Source of the DNA: an uncultured Hyphomicrobiaceae bacterium
GTDB lineage: Bacteria; Pseudomonadota; Alphaproteobacteria; Rhizobiales; Hyphomicrobiaceae
Reading direction: 5' to 3'
Length of the DNA: 64,000 nt
Assembly: GCA_964500805.1 (NCBI GenBank)
Contig: CAZCQH010000032.1
Span: forward strand, 1,706-65,705
Part shown: positions 1-10,105 of the stretch, piece after piece
Position numbering within the stretch: position 1 is the stretch's first letter
Layout: every line of letters begins with the position of its first letter
The notes under the pieces: model-generated
Seen by the model: the letters and a program-made list of their open reading frames with translations, nothing else
The model's database searches: none
What the model was told of the DNA's origin: nothing
Made by a program: the position numbers and the translations under genes

Positions 1-14
1 CCACCCGAAGCGCC

Positions 15-1961
15 TCAGGCCTTTACTTCTGAATGTAGCGAGAAGGCTTCCTCGCCGTCCGTGCCGTTCAACAAAGCCAGTAGCTCACGAATACGGGCGA
101 ACGCTCCCTCGCTGCCCTCCTCGTCCCACGCCTGTTGAGCAGCGACAAGCTCCCGCCTCAGCTCCTCCTTACGGTGGAGCGCGACGGCGTGTCGCCACCC
201 GGTCTCGACGGCCACCCGGTCTGCCTCTGGTTCGGCGAACTTGTCGCCTTTATGCGTGATCGCACGCTCAACGAGGGCAACGACCTTGGCTAAGCCTCGA
301 TCGGTCAGATGGGCGGACAGCGTATCCCTGTCAAGGGAATTCTCTTCGGTGACGTGAGAAAGCAGAGCATTCCGGAGGTGCTCGAGCCCAGGTGAGCTGA
401 AGGTCAATCCGGCAATCAGCTCTGCTTCCTCGGCGATCAGCCAGGGGTGGTTCAGCAAAGTGAGCAGGATCAAGGCTTCTCGAGCGGGCGCTGCCGCGGT
501 GCGGCTGGCAAGCTCGTTACTGGCGACGATGCTGAGCGGCGTTGGCAGCCGAAAGCTGTTTTTTGCCATGCGCGCCCGCTCGCGGATACGCCAATCGACC
601 TGCGCGTTATCACGGCGGCCTTGGCCTCGCTGCCCTCTCCCCCCGAAGCGCGTCCCGCCGGAGATCTCGCGGACCTCGCGGCGGGTGCGCTCCCATAACA
701 CTTGGCGCAGCTCCGTCTCGTAATGGCTGCGCACGGTAGGATCACCGATCCGGCCAACCAGCTGTTTGAGACGTGTCTCCAGCGAAGCGCGCTGTTCTGG
801 AGTGAGGGTCGCCGCGCCAGCGAGCTCCTCCTTTTCAATCAGCACATCGAAGAGCGGTCGAACCCGGCTCTGAAGCACAGTCTCAAAGGCTTCACGGCCC
901 TGCTGACGGATGAGGTCGTCCGGATCGAGCCCGTCCGGCAGGAACGCGAACTGCACGCTGAAGCCGGGCTTCAAGTGCGGGAGCACCGTTTCGACGGCAC
1001 GGAACGCGGCCCGTTTGCCGGCATTGTCGCCGTCGAAGCATAGCGTGGGCACCGGCGACATGCGCCAGAGCAGCTGCACTTGGGCCTCAGTCAGCGCAGT
1101 GCCGAGCGGTGCCACGGTCTCGCCAAACCCAGCCTCGGCGAGCGCGATCACGTCCATATAACCTTCGACGGCGATGATGCGATTGCGGTCGTAGGCGAGA
1201 GGGCGCGCGCGATGCGCGTTGAAGAGCACTTGGCCCTTGTGGAAGAGCGGCGTCTCCGGCGAGTTAAGGTATTTCGCGGGCGCGTTGGGATCCAAGGCGC
1301 GCCCTCCGAACGCAATGATGTTGCCCCGGGCGTCGGCAATCGGGAACATCACGCGATTGCGGAAGCGATCGTAAGGAACCTGAATGTCCTCGCCCGCGAT
1401 TACCATGCCGGAGAGCGCCATCTCGTGTGGCGTAAAGCCGAGTTTAGCGAGGTGGTCTTTGAGCGCCGTACGGCCGGTTGGTGCGTAGCCGAGCCGGAAG
1501 TCGTCGATGGTTTCGCGCTTCAGACCCCGGCGCTCGATGTAGCGGCGGGCGTCGATGCCTTCCGCCGCGCGCAGCCTCTCCTCGAAGAAGCGCTGGGACG
1601 CACCGATCAGCTCGTAAAGGCGCGTGCGCTCGTCGTGCTGTGCCTGGACCTCGAGCGTGCGCGGCTCCGGCTTGGGCATCTGCAGCCCGGCTTCGCCGGC
1701 AAGCCGCTCGACTGCCTCCATAAAGGAGAGTCCTTCGGTCTCCATGACAAACTTGAAGATGTCGCCATGGGCACCTGAGGCAAAGCAGTGATAGAAGCCT
1801 TTCTGGTCATTGACAAAAAAGGACGGGGTCTTCTCGACTTTGAATGGCGAGAGTCCCTTGAACTCGCGGCCGGCCTTCTTCAGGGCGACCTTGCGCGAAA
1901 CGACCTGGCTGACCGGCAGGCGGGCGCGAATCTCGTCGAGAAACTGAGGTGTAAAGCGCAT
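15..1961 (-). CDS. dnaG: DNA primase DnaG
   Basis: 648-aa ORF. Alphaproteobacterial-type primase N-terminus (GLSPFKVEKTPSFFVND..FYHCFASGAHGD). Toprim core motifs (AVEGYMDV, DGDNAGKRAA). Confidence 0.95.
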   Translation of the reverse strand: MRFTPQFLDEIRARLPVSQVVSRKVALKKAGREFKGLSPFKVEKTPSFFVNDQKGFYHCFASGAHGDIFKFVMETEGLSFMEAVERLAGEAGLQMPKPEPRTLEVQAQHDERTRLYELIGASQRFFEERLRAAEGIDARRYIERRGLKRETIDDFRLGYAPTGRTALKDHLAKLGFTPHEMALSGMVIAGEDIQVPYDRFRNRVMFPIADARGNIIAFGGRALDPNAPAKYLNSPETPLFHKGQVLFNAHRARPLAYDRNRIIAVEGYMDVIALAEAGFGETVAPLGTALTEAQVQLLWRMSPVPTLCFDGDNAGKRAAFRAVETVLPHLKPGFSVQFAFLPDGLDPDDLIRQQGREAFETVLQSRVRPLFDVLIEKEELAGAATLTPEQRASLETRLKQLVGRIGDPTVRSHYETELRQVLWERTRREVREISGGTRFGGRGQRGQGRRDNAQVDWRIRERARMAKNSFRLPTPLSIVASNELASRTAAAPAREALILLTLLNHPWLIAEEAELIAGLTFSSPGLEHLRNALLSHVTEENSLDRDTLSAHLTDRGLAKVVALVERAITHKGDKFAEPEADRVAVETGWRHAVALHRKEELRRELVAAQQAWDEEGSEGAFARIRELLALLNGTDGEEAFSLHSEVKA

Positions 1962-2090
1962 GCCCCGATTTTATGTGATTCGGTGGCCGGGAAGCCCGCC
2001 AAAGCCGCCCGGCCACCATCCGCACCCACAATCCACAGGCGGTTCGCGCTCCGGCCCGTAGTGTGGCGCCTCCTTGACGACGCGGTCAGT

Positions 2091-2483
2091 TCATTCGGTA
2101 CGGCGGAAACTGGAAGTGAATTGAACCCCGAAACGATTGCCGTCCCGCCAAACGATCTTGCAGTCGATCTCAACAAGTTCGCGCTCGAACACCAGAATGA
2201 TGCTGTCCGGGAGGTGACTTGCCACCTCCAAGCTGCGACCTGAATTGAGCATTACGCAAGCGCCGGTCGCGGAAGTGTTCCGCAAGCTGCAGGAGATGCT
2301 CATGCGGTACCCACGCACCTTGATCTTGCCAGCTGTGTTTTCGACACGACGGTGGGCGAGGCGCTTTTCGTCGCTGTCGGACTCGGCCGGGGTTGCATGC
2401 TGAAGGGCGACGGCTGGCGGTGGCATGGCAGGGTACTCGTGTCTTGCGGCGAACGGCGGTCGAGACTTAGTGAGTGAGGCCAA
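2091..2483 (-). CDS. PilZ domain-containing protein
   Basis: C-terminal PilZ-like pattern (RRVEN..G..R..N.S..GA...........V..DG.RFGVQF). An alternative start at 2426 would remove the overlap with the upstream ORF. Confidence 0.6.
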   Translation of the reverse strand: MASLTKSRPPFAARHEYPAMPPPAVALQHATPAESDSDEKRLAHRRVENTAGKIKVRGYRMSISCSLRNTSATGACVMLNSGRSLEVASHLPDSIILVFERELVEIDCKIVWRDGNRFGVQFTSSFRRTE

Positions 2484-2757
2484 AGTCGCGGCTGAACTGG
2501 CGCAGCGCCTCGTCGGCCGACAGGACCTGGCGCTGGGGCAAACTTGGATCAGCGGGCGCCCAGATCACGGCACCGACCACCTCGCGCCAGAGACCCATGT
2601 AGCGCCCGTTCTGGCTGATCCGGACCGAGTACCGGCCGACGGCCTCGGCGCGCAGGCCGTGAGCTGCCAAGTCCTTCCGCTGCAGGAACCGATCGGCCAG
2701 GCCGCGTCGCGTTGATTTCGAAATCATTTTTGCACCTCCAGAATTTCGTGAAGCCAA
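2467..2757 (-). CDS. hypothetical small protein
   Basis: Intact ORF (likely start MISKS at 2727) directly upstream of and co-oriented with the PilZ gene. No family recognised. Confidence 0.3.
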   Translation of the reverse strand: MASRNSGGAKMISKSTRRGLADRFLQRKDLAAHGLRAEAVGRYSVRISQNGRYMGLWREVVGAVIWAPADPSLPQRQVLSADEALRQFSRDFGLTH

Positions 2758-3353
2758 TATTCAGAAATCGACAAGAATACTCAACGATTAACGCCTTTCA
2801 CGATTTGGAAACTCTTAATCGGTCGCGGGCAATTCGCCGAAAATTTCCGGAGGTTTGAAGCCAAACTTTAGCGGTTCGGCAGCTTTCTGCCAGAAAAAGC
2901 CAGGAAACCCGGACCTTCTCGAAAAATCGTGGTGCTGCGTTGTGACCGGCAGACAGCCTCTCCCGCGTTTGGCGTTAAGAGTTGCCGTGCCAATCGAGGC
3001 GTGCTCCAGACCTTCCTTGCTAAACGAGCATTGAACAAACGCTGATCCATACTTTAACAGGCGGAGCGGGATCGTCTGGCGAGCGCGCGTCGATCCCGAT
3101 GATTGCGATGCGCACGTACCGCTGCGAGCGGCCTGCCGAGACGAAGCGGCGGTGAGCCGGATGAGAGAAGGTCGAGCACTACGTCGCCAAATTCTGCAGG
3201 CAACGATCGGGCTGCGGAGCTACATCGTCCATCGCGCCGGTACATCCGCACGCGGCGGGTTAGCGGCCTGCACGGCGTGATGAAGCTGTAGTCTGAAGGG
3301 GGCAACCGGCAACTAACATGATCTGAGGCCGCCCCTACATATCCCGTGGCGTC

Positions 3354-3944
3354 TCAAGCCGCCGCACGATGATCGTGCTCGAGAGGAAGTTGCTCGAGGT
3401 TGCGCAGCGAGGATACCGCGAGAAGGTGCAGTTCACGCACGCCTTCAAGAATTTCGGCTTTCGAAATCCCAGTGCCCGGGCATGTCTTGTCGGTTTGCGG
3501 TACTTCGCGGTGGAAGAGCAGCGCTTCAGCCGGCAGCCGGAAGCGGCGCTGCACCCCGCGGATGACCGTCAGTACGCTCTTTAGCTGTGCGCCTTCGAGG
3601 CGGTCATGCCCGATGTCGAAGTTGCCGACGACCTCGAACATGAAGACTCCCTTGCTCATGCCGCAGCCCACGCTCGCGGGAGTTTCGTTCCAGCAGCGCC
3701 CGGTCCAGATCTCGCCGTTCGGCATGATCGAGACGTGCTGCGCGGCGTCGATGAAACCGCATTGATCGACATGGAAGCGGCGCATTCCCTCGACGCAAGC
3801 CCGACTGCCAATGGTGCGCCACTGCGCATGATCGGGAACAAATGTATGATGCATATCGACGCGCCACACGCGGCGCTGCCAGTCGAACTGCGCGAGTTCG
3901 TCGATAAACTGGCGCGGACTCAGGACGCGAGACGGTTGCGACAT
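3354..3944 (-). CDS. N-acetylmuramoyl-L-alanine amidase / PGRP-like (Amidase_2) protein
   Basis: Motifs HHTF..D, GF.D...H..I.P.G....GR, CPG near the C-terminus, typical of the AmpD/PGRP amidase fold. Start taken at internal MSQPS (3944); the track ORF extends to 4145. Confidence 0.7.
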   Translation of the reverse strand: MSQPSRVLSPRQFIDELAQFDWQRRVWRVDMHHTFVPDHAQWRTIGSRACVEGMRRFHVDQCGFIDAAQHVSIMPNGEIWTGRCWNETPASVGCGMSKGVFMFEVVGNFDIGHDRLEGAQLKSVLTVIRGVQRRFRLPAEALLFHREVPQTDKTCPGTGISKAEILEGVRELHLLAVSSLRNLEQLPLEHDHRAAA

Positions 3945-4191
3945 ACCAATACCCCGTTCAATGACCTCTATTCTCCCTCGCTGCGAACCGCATTCCGCAG
4001 CGATGAAATTGATATTTCGCAGAGTATGAACCGGATATGACCAGGGTATGACGCCTGGCCGCAAATCAACTCGTGTTGCCGAAATCACGCCTGATCTTGC
4101 AGGCGCTCCGCGGCACAAGTCATGGTGCGGCTCGCTTGTGTTCAACGCTTCGCGTAGGCGCTCGCGTGCCCAACTTGGGGAAGAAAGCCCG

Positions 4192-4638
4192 CTACTTCAG
4201 GAGATCTTTGACCATCCCACTCGCCTTGCCGAAATCCATCTGTCCAGCGTACTTCGTCTTCAGAGCGCTCATGACCCGGCCCATGTCCTTCGGGCCTGCG
4301 GCGCCGGTCTCCTTGATGACTGCCACAATGGCGGCCCTGGCTTCCGCATCGTCCATCAGTTTCGGCAGATACGCCTCGATGATGGCGATCTCGGACAGCT
4401 CTTTGTCGGCGAGGTCCTGGCGGCCGCCTTTGGTGTACTGCTCGATCGAGTCGCGGCGCTGCTTCACCATCTTGGTGAGCACGCTCATGATGCCAGCGTC
4501 GTCAATCTCGCCTTTGTTGGCGGGATCGATGTCGGCAGACTTCATTGCGGCAATCATCAGCCGAATAACGCCGAGGCGCTCCTTCTCGCCGGCTTTGAGG
4601 GCGGCTTTCATGTCATCGGTCAGGCGCTGGCGCAGCAT
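4192..4638 (-). CDS. GatB/YqeY domain-containing protein
   Basis: 148 aa. MLRQRLTDDMKAALKAGEKERLGVIRLMIAA...EIAIIEAYLP...GPKDMGRVMSALK is the canonical YqeY pattern. Confidence 0.9.
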   Translation of the reverse strand: MLRQRLTDDMKAALKAGEKERLGVIRLMIAAMKSADIDPANKGEIDDAGIMSVLTKMVKQRRDSIEQYTKGGRQDLADKELSEIAIIEAYLPKLMDDAEARAAIVAVIKETGAAGPKDMGRVMSALKTKYAGQMDFGKASGMVKDLLK

Positions 4639-5014
4639 GGACGTCTCCTTAATGGCTGGCGGGCCGAGCTTGATCGCAGGATGCTCTTAGCCCATTTCGA
4701 AGGGTAAGTCGGCCGGAATGGGTAATTCACTGCCGGCAACACCGTTCTCCATGCGCATGAGCAGCGAAGGCGGCCCCATGGTGAGGTGCATATTTTCTCA
4801 CGCTGACGATGAAGACGGCTCAGCGATCGCGAAATATCCAACATTTCTATAGGGTTCTATTTTGCTGCGCCGCGCGCGCACGCCCGTAATTTCGCGCCGA
4901 GTCTACTCACATCTTCGTCCACACTCATTATATGTCGAGCACAACGATCCACAAGGATCGGGTAGCGGGCACCCGAAAACGGGGCCCGAATGAGCAACAA
5001 CAAGGATGATGATC

Positions 5015-5230
5015 ATGGCACGCGATGTTTCGCTTCCGCTTCCTTTTGTCGGCGCCATCCCCGCAGCCCGTGCGCCGGTTACTGGCAAGCTCCGCGAATT
5101 CTTTCGGTCTCTGTTCCGGCCAAAGCCGGCAGAGAGCGAAATCGAGCGGTTCGTGAGGCATAATGGAGGTGTTCTGACAGACCAGCTCGAGCGCGAGATC
5201 AGCCGCCGGTTCGGCACCGTGGTCGGGTAA
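5015..5230 (+). CDS. hypothetical small protein
   Basis: About 71-aa ORF with an AAGGA motif upstream and GC3-biased codons. No family recognised. Confidence 0.35.
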   Translation: MARDVSLPLPFVGAIPAARAPVTGKLREFFRSLFRPKPAESEIERFVRHNGGVLTDQLEREISRRFGTVVG

Positions 5231-5446
5231 CTTCTCACCATCGGGCGACTGTAACTGATCGGGTTCTGCGATAACAACGGCGACCTCAGGGCCGCCGTTG
5301 CCTCTGCACGCGCAGCGATCGCGCTGATTTGCCCCGATTTTCCCGGGATTGATTCCTCAGATCGGTTTGACCCGCTGGGACCCTTCCCCTAGGGTCCGCG
5401 CGCGAATCCTGGGCCTCGAAGTCGACCCAGCCTGGAGAGTTTCGAC

Positions 5447-6664
5447 ATGACAGCCTCTCGTGCCATCGCCACGACTTCCGCCTGGACGGAAGCTCCCTTC
5501 ACAGCCCGCCTCGTTCTGGCTGACGGCTCCGTCATTTCGGGCCATGGGCTCGGCGCCACGGGGAAGGCTGTTGGCGAAGTCTGCTTCAATACTGCGATCA
5601 CAGGCTATCAAGAGATCCTGACCGATCCTTCCTACGCCGGACAGATCATCACCTTCACCTTCCCACACATCGGTAATGTCGGCGCAAATGCCGAGGACAC
5701 GGAGACCTCGAACTTGGCGTCGCGTTCCGGCGTGCGCGGCTGCGTGCTCAGAGCTGACATTACGAATAGCTCAAACTATCGCGCCGCCGAGCACCTCGAC
5801 AATTGGCTGAAAACGCGCGGCATCATCGCCATTGCCGGGGTCGACACGCGCGCGCTGACCGCGCTCATTCGCTCGAAAGGCATGCCGAACGGCGTCATCG
5901 CTCATGAGCCTTCCGCCACCTTCGACCTCGACGCCCTCAAGGATGAGGCGAAGGCGTGGCCCGGACTCGATGGCATGGATCTCGTTCCCGAGGTGACGAG
6001 TGCCCAAAGCTACACGTGGGATGAAATGCGCTGGGCGTGGGGCAAGGGTTATCAGCGCAGCGCGAACGCACCCTTCCATGTGGTGGCGCTCGACTACGGC
6101 CTGAAGCGCAACATCCTGCGCTGCCTGGTCTCGGCCGGCTGCCGCGTCACTGTACTGCCGGCGACAGCCAAGGCGGAGGATGTGCTGGCGAGGAAGCCTG
6201 ACGGCGTATTCCTCTCCAACGGGCCCGGCGATCCCGCCGCCACGGGCAAGTATGCGGTACCGGAGATCAAGAAGCTCGTTGCCTCGGACCTGCCCGTGTT
6301 CGGCATTTGCCTCGGTCACCAGATGCTTGGCCTCGCGCTTGGCGCGCGGACCTCGAAAATGAAGCAGGGCCATCACGGCGCCAATCATCCCGTTAAAGAC
6401 TTCACCACGGCCAAAGTCGAGATCACCTCGATGAACCATGGCTTTGCAGTCGATCGCGAGACGCTGCCGAAGGACGTCGAGGAAACGCACGTGTCGCTGT
6501 TCGACGGCACCAACTGCGGCATCCGTCTTAAGGATCGCCCTGTGTTTTCGGTGCAGTACCATCCTGAGGCATCACCTGGTCCCGAGGACAGCCACTACCT
6601 CTTTACGCGCTTCGTCAATCTGATGCGCGAAAAGCGTGGGCAGAAGGCCGTCGCTGAGCGCTGA
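5447..6664 (+). CDS. carA: carbamoyl-phosphate synthase small (glutamine amidotransferase) subunit
   Basis: 405 aa. GEVCFNTAITGYQEILTDPSYAGQIITFTFPHIGNVG and GATase triad region FGICLGHQ...QYHPE. Confidence 0.97.
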   Translation: MTASRAIATTSAWTEAPFTARLVLADGSVISGHGLGATGKAVGEVCFNTAITGYQEILTDPSYAGQIITFTFPHIGNVGANAEDTETSNLASRSGVRGCVLRADITNSSNYRAAEHLDNWLKTRGIIAIAGVDTRALTALIRSKGMPNGVIAHEPSATFDLDALKDEAKAWPGLDGMDLVPEVTSAQSYTWDEMRWAWGKGYQRSANAPFHVVALDYGLKRNILRCLVSAGCRVTVLPATAKAEDVLARKPDGVFLSNGPGDPAATGKYAVPEIKKLVASDLPVFGICLGHQMLGLALGARTSKMKQGHHGANHPVKDFTTAKVEITSMNHGFAVDRETLPKDVEETHVSLFDGTNCGIRLKDRPVFSVQYHPEASPGPEDSHYLFTRFVNLMREKRGQKAVAER

Positions 6665-6685
6665 TGCTACGCCGGGGCGCCGCGA

Positions 6686-6965
6686 TCACACGCGGCGGAA
6701 GTGCCGGCGCCAGAGGTCTCGCCATAGAAATATCGTGATGGCGGCATGCGCGCCGAGGATCAGAGAGAACGCCAAAGGCTCAGCAGCTCGTTCAACCGGG
6801 ACGACGTCGAGCAGGAGCGCATTGAGCACATTGCCGCGCCCGCCGGGCACCCAAACGATACCTGAGCGAGCCGCCGAAATGACGTTGCCGATCAGCGCGA
6901 CCGTTACCATCGAGGCAATGTCCATCAGAAACGCGCGGGTCAGTGCGGTGGCTTTTTTGTCGCTC
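6686..6965 (-). CDS. hypothetical membrane protein
   Basis: ORF with 2-3 hydrophobic segments, convergent with carA. Start assumed at MSDKK. No family recognised. Confidence 0.35.
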
Positions 6966-7123
6966 ATCGCCGGCTCCTTTTGAGCGCCATTGCAAACGCA
7001 AACCAATGGTGTGTCAGAGCATAAGGGCGCAACATCATCGGAGCGTTCAAATATTTGGCTTGCGTGCGCAACTGTCGGCCGTCATGGTCCGCGCTGAAAC
7101 CAATGGCACCAGGAGAATTCGTT

Positions 7124-7387
7124 ATGCGTAAACTGACCATCGCCTCGCTCGGTGTGCTCGCCGCGACAGGCCTCGCTTTGGCAGTCGCCGCAAGCGCCGC
7201 CGACCCGACCAGTGTAAAATCCGAGAACGGCCGCACCGCAGTCAAAGCGCCCTATACCCGCGTCGACACCACTCCCGATCGGACCAAGGTCAGAGTCAAC
7301 GCGCCCAACGCCGACGTCAGGGTCGACACCGAGGCCGGCCAGGTGCGCATTCGCGTTCCCTACTTCAGCGGCAATATTCGGTGGTGA
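7124..7387 (+). CDS. hypothetical exported protein
   Basis: AGGAGA 8 nt upstream of the ATG. Signal peptide MRKLTIASLGVLAATGLALAVAASA. Repeated VRV(D/N) segments. Confidence 0.5.
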   Translation: MRKLTIASLGVLAATGLALAVAASAADPTSVKSENGRTAVKAPYTRVDTTPDRTKVRVNAPNADVRVDTEAGQVRIRVPYFSGNIRW

Positions 7388-7592
7388 TCCTCCGAGCCGC
7401 AACTCCCGAGCGACCGCAAGTGGATCAAGCATGAGCGCCAGAGCCTGAAAGGAAACCCGCGAGAACCAGGGCTGCTCATCACCACGTCGCTTGGTCGTGT
7501 GGTTGCGTCTCTCGCTGCTGACCTTCGAATTTGCGTCTCCGTGCCGACGGGCTCAGGATGGGAAGCGACAAGCAACCCGCGAGGCCCTTCCC

Positions 7593-8378
7593 ATGTCCGA
7601 GTCGACCCCGAGCACTGCCCGCACCGTACCTCTTGATCTCCAACCTTCGCCAGGCACCCGCGTACTTGTGACCGGAGGTGCACACGGCATCGGCCGTGCG
7701 GTGGCCGACGCCTACGCCGCCCGCGGCGGCAAGATTTGCATTCTCGACCGTGCCGTGGTTCCCGATGCGCCCGCTGACTGGATTTGTGTACGCGGCTCGG
7801 CGGCGAGTGCCGAGGACAACGAGAAGGCGTTCGCCGAGATGGACCGGCAGTGGGGTGGCGTCGATGTTGCGCACGCCAACGCCGGCATGGCAATGAACAA
7901 GCCGACGCTGGAACTCACCGAGGACGAGTGGCGGCGCACCGTCGATCTCAATCTCACCGGCGTGTTCTTCACCGTGCAAGGCGCGGGACGGCGCATGGTG
8001 ACGCAGAAATCCGGCCTCATCGTGGTGACGAGCTCGATCTATGGCCTGACTGCCGGCGCCAACCGCGCAGCCTACACGGCGACCAAGGCGGCCGTCGCCA
8101 ATCTGGTACGCACGCTCGCCATTGAATGGGGCCCTCATGGTGTGCGCGTCAATGCGGTGTCACCGGGGTACGTCGAGACGGACATGATGCTGGCCCAGGT
8201 GCAGCGTGGGCTCTTCTCGCTTGACAAGCTGAAGGCACGCACGCCGCTGCCGCGCCTTGGCAGGCCCGCGGACATCGGCGCCGCGGTAGCATTTCTTGGA
8301 TCACCCGGTGCGGCGTGGATCAACGGTGCGGTCATTCCAGTCGATGGCGGCTGGACGGCCAACGGCGGTCCCGAATGA
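7593..8378 (+). CDS. SDR family oxidoreductase
   Basis: TGGAHGIGRAV Rossmann motif, NAG, and S...YxxxK (YTATKAAV) catalytic pattern. Confidence 0.9.
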   Translation: MSESTPSTARTVPLDLQPSPGTRVLVTGGAHGIGRAVADAYAARGGKICILDRAVVPDAPADWICVRGSAASAEDNEKAFAEMDRQWGGVDVAHANAGMAMNKPTLELTEDEWRRTVDLNLTGVFFTVQGAGRRMVTQKSGLIVVTSSIYGLTAGANRAAYTATKAAVANLVRTLAIEWGPHGVRVNAVSPGYVETDMMLAQVQRGLFSLDKLKARTPLPRLGRPADIGAAVAFLGSPGAAWINGAVIPVDGGWTANGGPE

Positions 8379-8547
8379 TCGGGTCCTGCTCTCCGCGCTG
8401 GACTGCAAAAGCAACACCCATTGCCCATACCGGTCTGCACCGACGGTTGCGCTGGCGCTAGCTTCGGGTTTCAATCGGGACCTTCAATTCACAGCACGAC
8501 CCGACCCGAGCACAATTCACAAATTCCAACCAGACGAGGTAGCGACC

Positions 8548-9297
8548 ATGGCAGCACCCTACATCGGAATGACCTGCGAGATGATCACACTCAAGGGCGA
8601 CGGCGGCACGCCGATCCAGGCTTATACGGCAAAGCCCGCCGGCAAGGGACCGTTTCCGGGCGTCGTGCTGGTGCACCATCTCCCGGGCTGGAGCGAGTAC
8701 TACATCGGCGAGACCCGCAAATTTGCCCACTATGGCTACATGGCAATCTGCGCCAACCTCTATGAGCGCGCCGGTCAAGGACATCCGGATGACGTGGCTG
8801 CAAAGGTTCGCGCTGACGGCGGTATTCCGGATGCGCAGATGGTGGGCGACACAGCGGCCGCCGTGGCCTGGATGCGGGCGCAACCCAACCAGAACGGCAA
8901 AGTTGCCGTGCTCGGCTCCTGCTCTGGCGGTCGCCACGCCTTCATCTACGCGTGCACCAGGACGGACGTGGATGCATGCGTCGATCTCTGGGGCGGCCGT
9001 GTGGTGATGGGCAAGGACGAGCTCAACGCCAAGACGCCGGTTGCTCCAATCGACATGACGCCGAAGCTCTGCTGCCCGCTGCTCGGAATCTTCGGCAATG
9101 AGGATCGCGCGCCGAGCCCTGAGCAAGTCAACCAGCACGAGGAAGCACTGAAGAAAGCCGGCAAATCGTATGAATTCTATCGCTACGACGGCGCCGGCCA
9201 CGGCATCTGGTATCACCACCGGCCGCTCTATCGCCTGGAGCAGGCGACGGACAGCTGGAACAAGACGCTGGCGTTCCTCAAGAAGCACATCGGCTGA
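8548..9297 (+). CDS. dienelactone hydrolase family protein
   Basis: About 249 aa. GVVLVHH..G, nucleophile-elbow-like GSCSGG, C-terminal GAGHG. Typical DLH layout. Confidence 0.8.
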   Translation: MAAPYIGMTCEMITLKGDGGTPIQAYTAKPAGKGPFPGVVLVHHLPGWSEYYIGETRKFAHYGYMAICANLYERAGQGHPDDVAAKVRADGGIPDAQMVGDTAAAVAWMRAQPNQNGKVAVLGSCSGGRHAFIYACTRTDVDACVDLWGGRVVMGKDELNAKTPVAPIDMTPKLCCPLLGIFGNEDRAPSPEQVNQHEEALKKAGKSYEFYRYDGAGHGIWYHHRPLYRLEQATDSWNKTLAFLKKHIG

Positions 9298-9321
9298 AGG
9301 CCCGGCTCAAGGAGGTGCCTC

Positions 9322-9648
9322 ATGTGCACATCGATCGTCGAGATTGCGCATGTCGATGGCGTCGGCAAGCGCGGGGACCAGTGGTTCGAGCTCTCGCACG
9401 CCGTGGTCTCCTATGACCACGCGCGCCACGCGCTGCTCGATGACTGTATGGTCATCGACTTCATGAACACGAGCCACGATGCGGGCGACCGCGTCGCGGT
9501 GGAGATCACGCTCGAATCGGCGAAGGCGCTGCATGCGGCGCTGGCCCGTGCCATCGCGGCGGCCGAGTACGAGGAAGCCGAGGTGCGCGGCAAAACAGAG
9601 ACGCCACCTCAGCGTCCCATGTTGCCGCTGCTGATCGCGGCGGAATAG
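9322..9648 (+). CDS. hypothetical protein
   Basis: 108-aa ORF 24 nt after the DLH stop, with AAGGAGG upstream. No family recognised. Confidence 0.4.
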   Translation: MCTSIVEIAHVDGVGKRGDQWFELSHAVVSYDHARHALLDDCMVIDFMNTSHDAGDRVAVEITLESAKALHAALARAIAAAEYEEAEVRGKTETPPQRPMLPLLIAAE

Positions 9649-9649
9649 C

Positions 9650-9685
9650 CCTGTGGGTGTCAGACCCCCGGGTCTGACACCGCTT
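9650..9685. repeat. REP-like palindromic element (copy 1)
   Basis: GGTGTCAGACCC-CC-GGGTCTGACACC is a perfect 12-bp stem at 9656-9681, immediately after the 9322-9648 ORF. Confidence 0.8.
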
Positions 9686-10105
9686 CTATCCGCCGGCGAG
9701 GTTCCCGATGCGCACTGCCATCCGTGGCACGAGGCGCGGAACCAGTTGGTTGCTCGGCCCACGATTGTCACGTCAGAGTAACCATCGGCGCTGGGATCGC
9801 GGTGCACGGTCGTGGTGGATGTCGCGGTATCCTCGACGCAGTATTCACGAACGCCGAAACAGGCATAGAGCCGCGCCTCGGTGTCGAGTGCGAGGAGGGG
9901 ACGGATGTGCCATCTCGTTCATGGCACGACATATAGCAATGCCCGGCCCGATGGCGAACGGGGCTGCGGGGCGGCTGATCGGCTGACTTTTGCTCAAGCG
10001 TCGCTTGCCAAATGCGCATGCGTTGTCGTCGACAAGATGCGATAGGTATGAACTGACAGCCACTCTTAAACGGCGTCAATCGCATCGCTACGGAGAGCCA
10101 AGAGC

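Noticed and set aside
15-1961. Degenerate zinc-finger (S/K in place of C/H in GLSPFKVEKTPSF, CFASG) in DnaG as an anomaly
   Set aside because: This non-canonical N-terminus is, as far as I recall, the normal state of alphaproteobacterial primases, so it is not unusual.
9307-9807. 166-aa minus-strand ORF crossing REP copy 1
   Set aside because: It reads through the palindrome (..GVRPGGLTPTG..) and is antisense to the 9322-9648 ORF. There is no start context or family signal.
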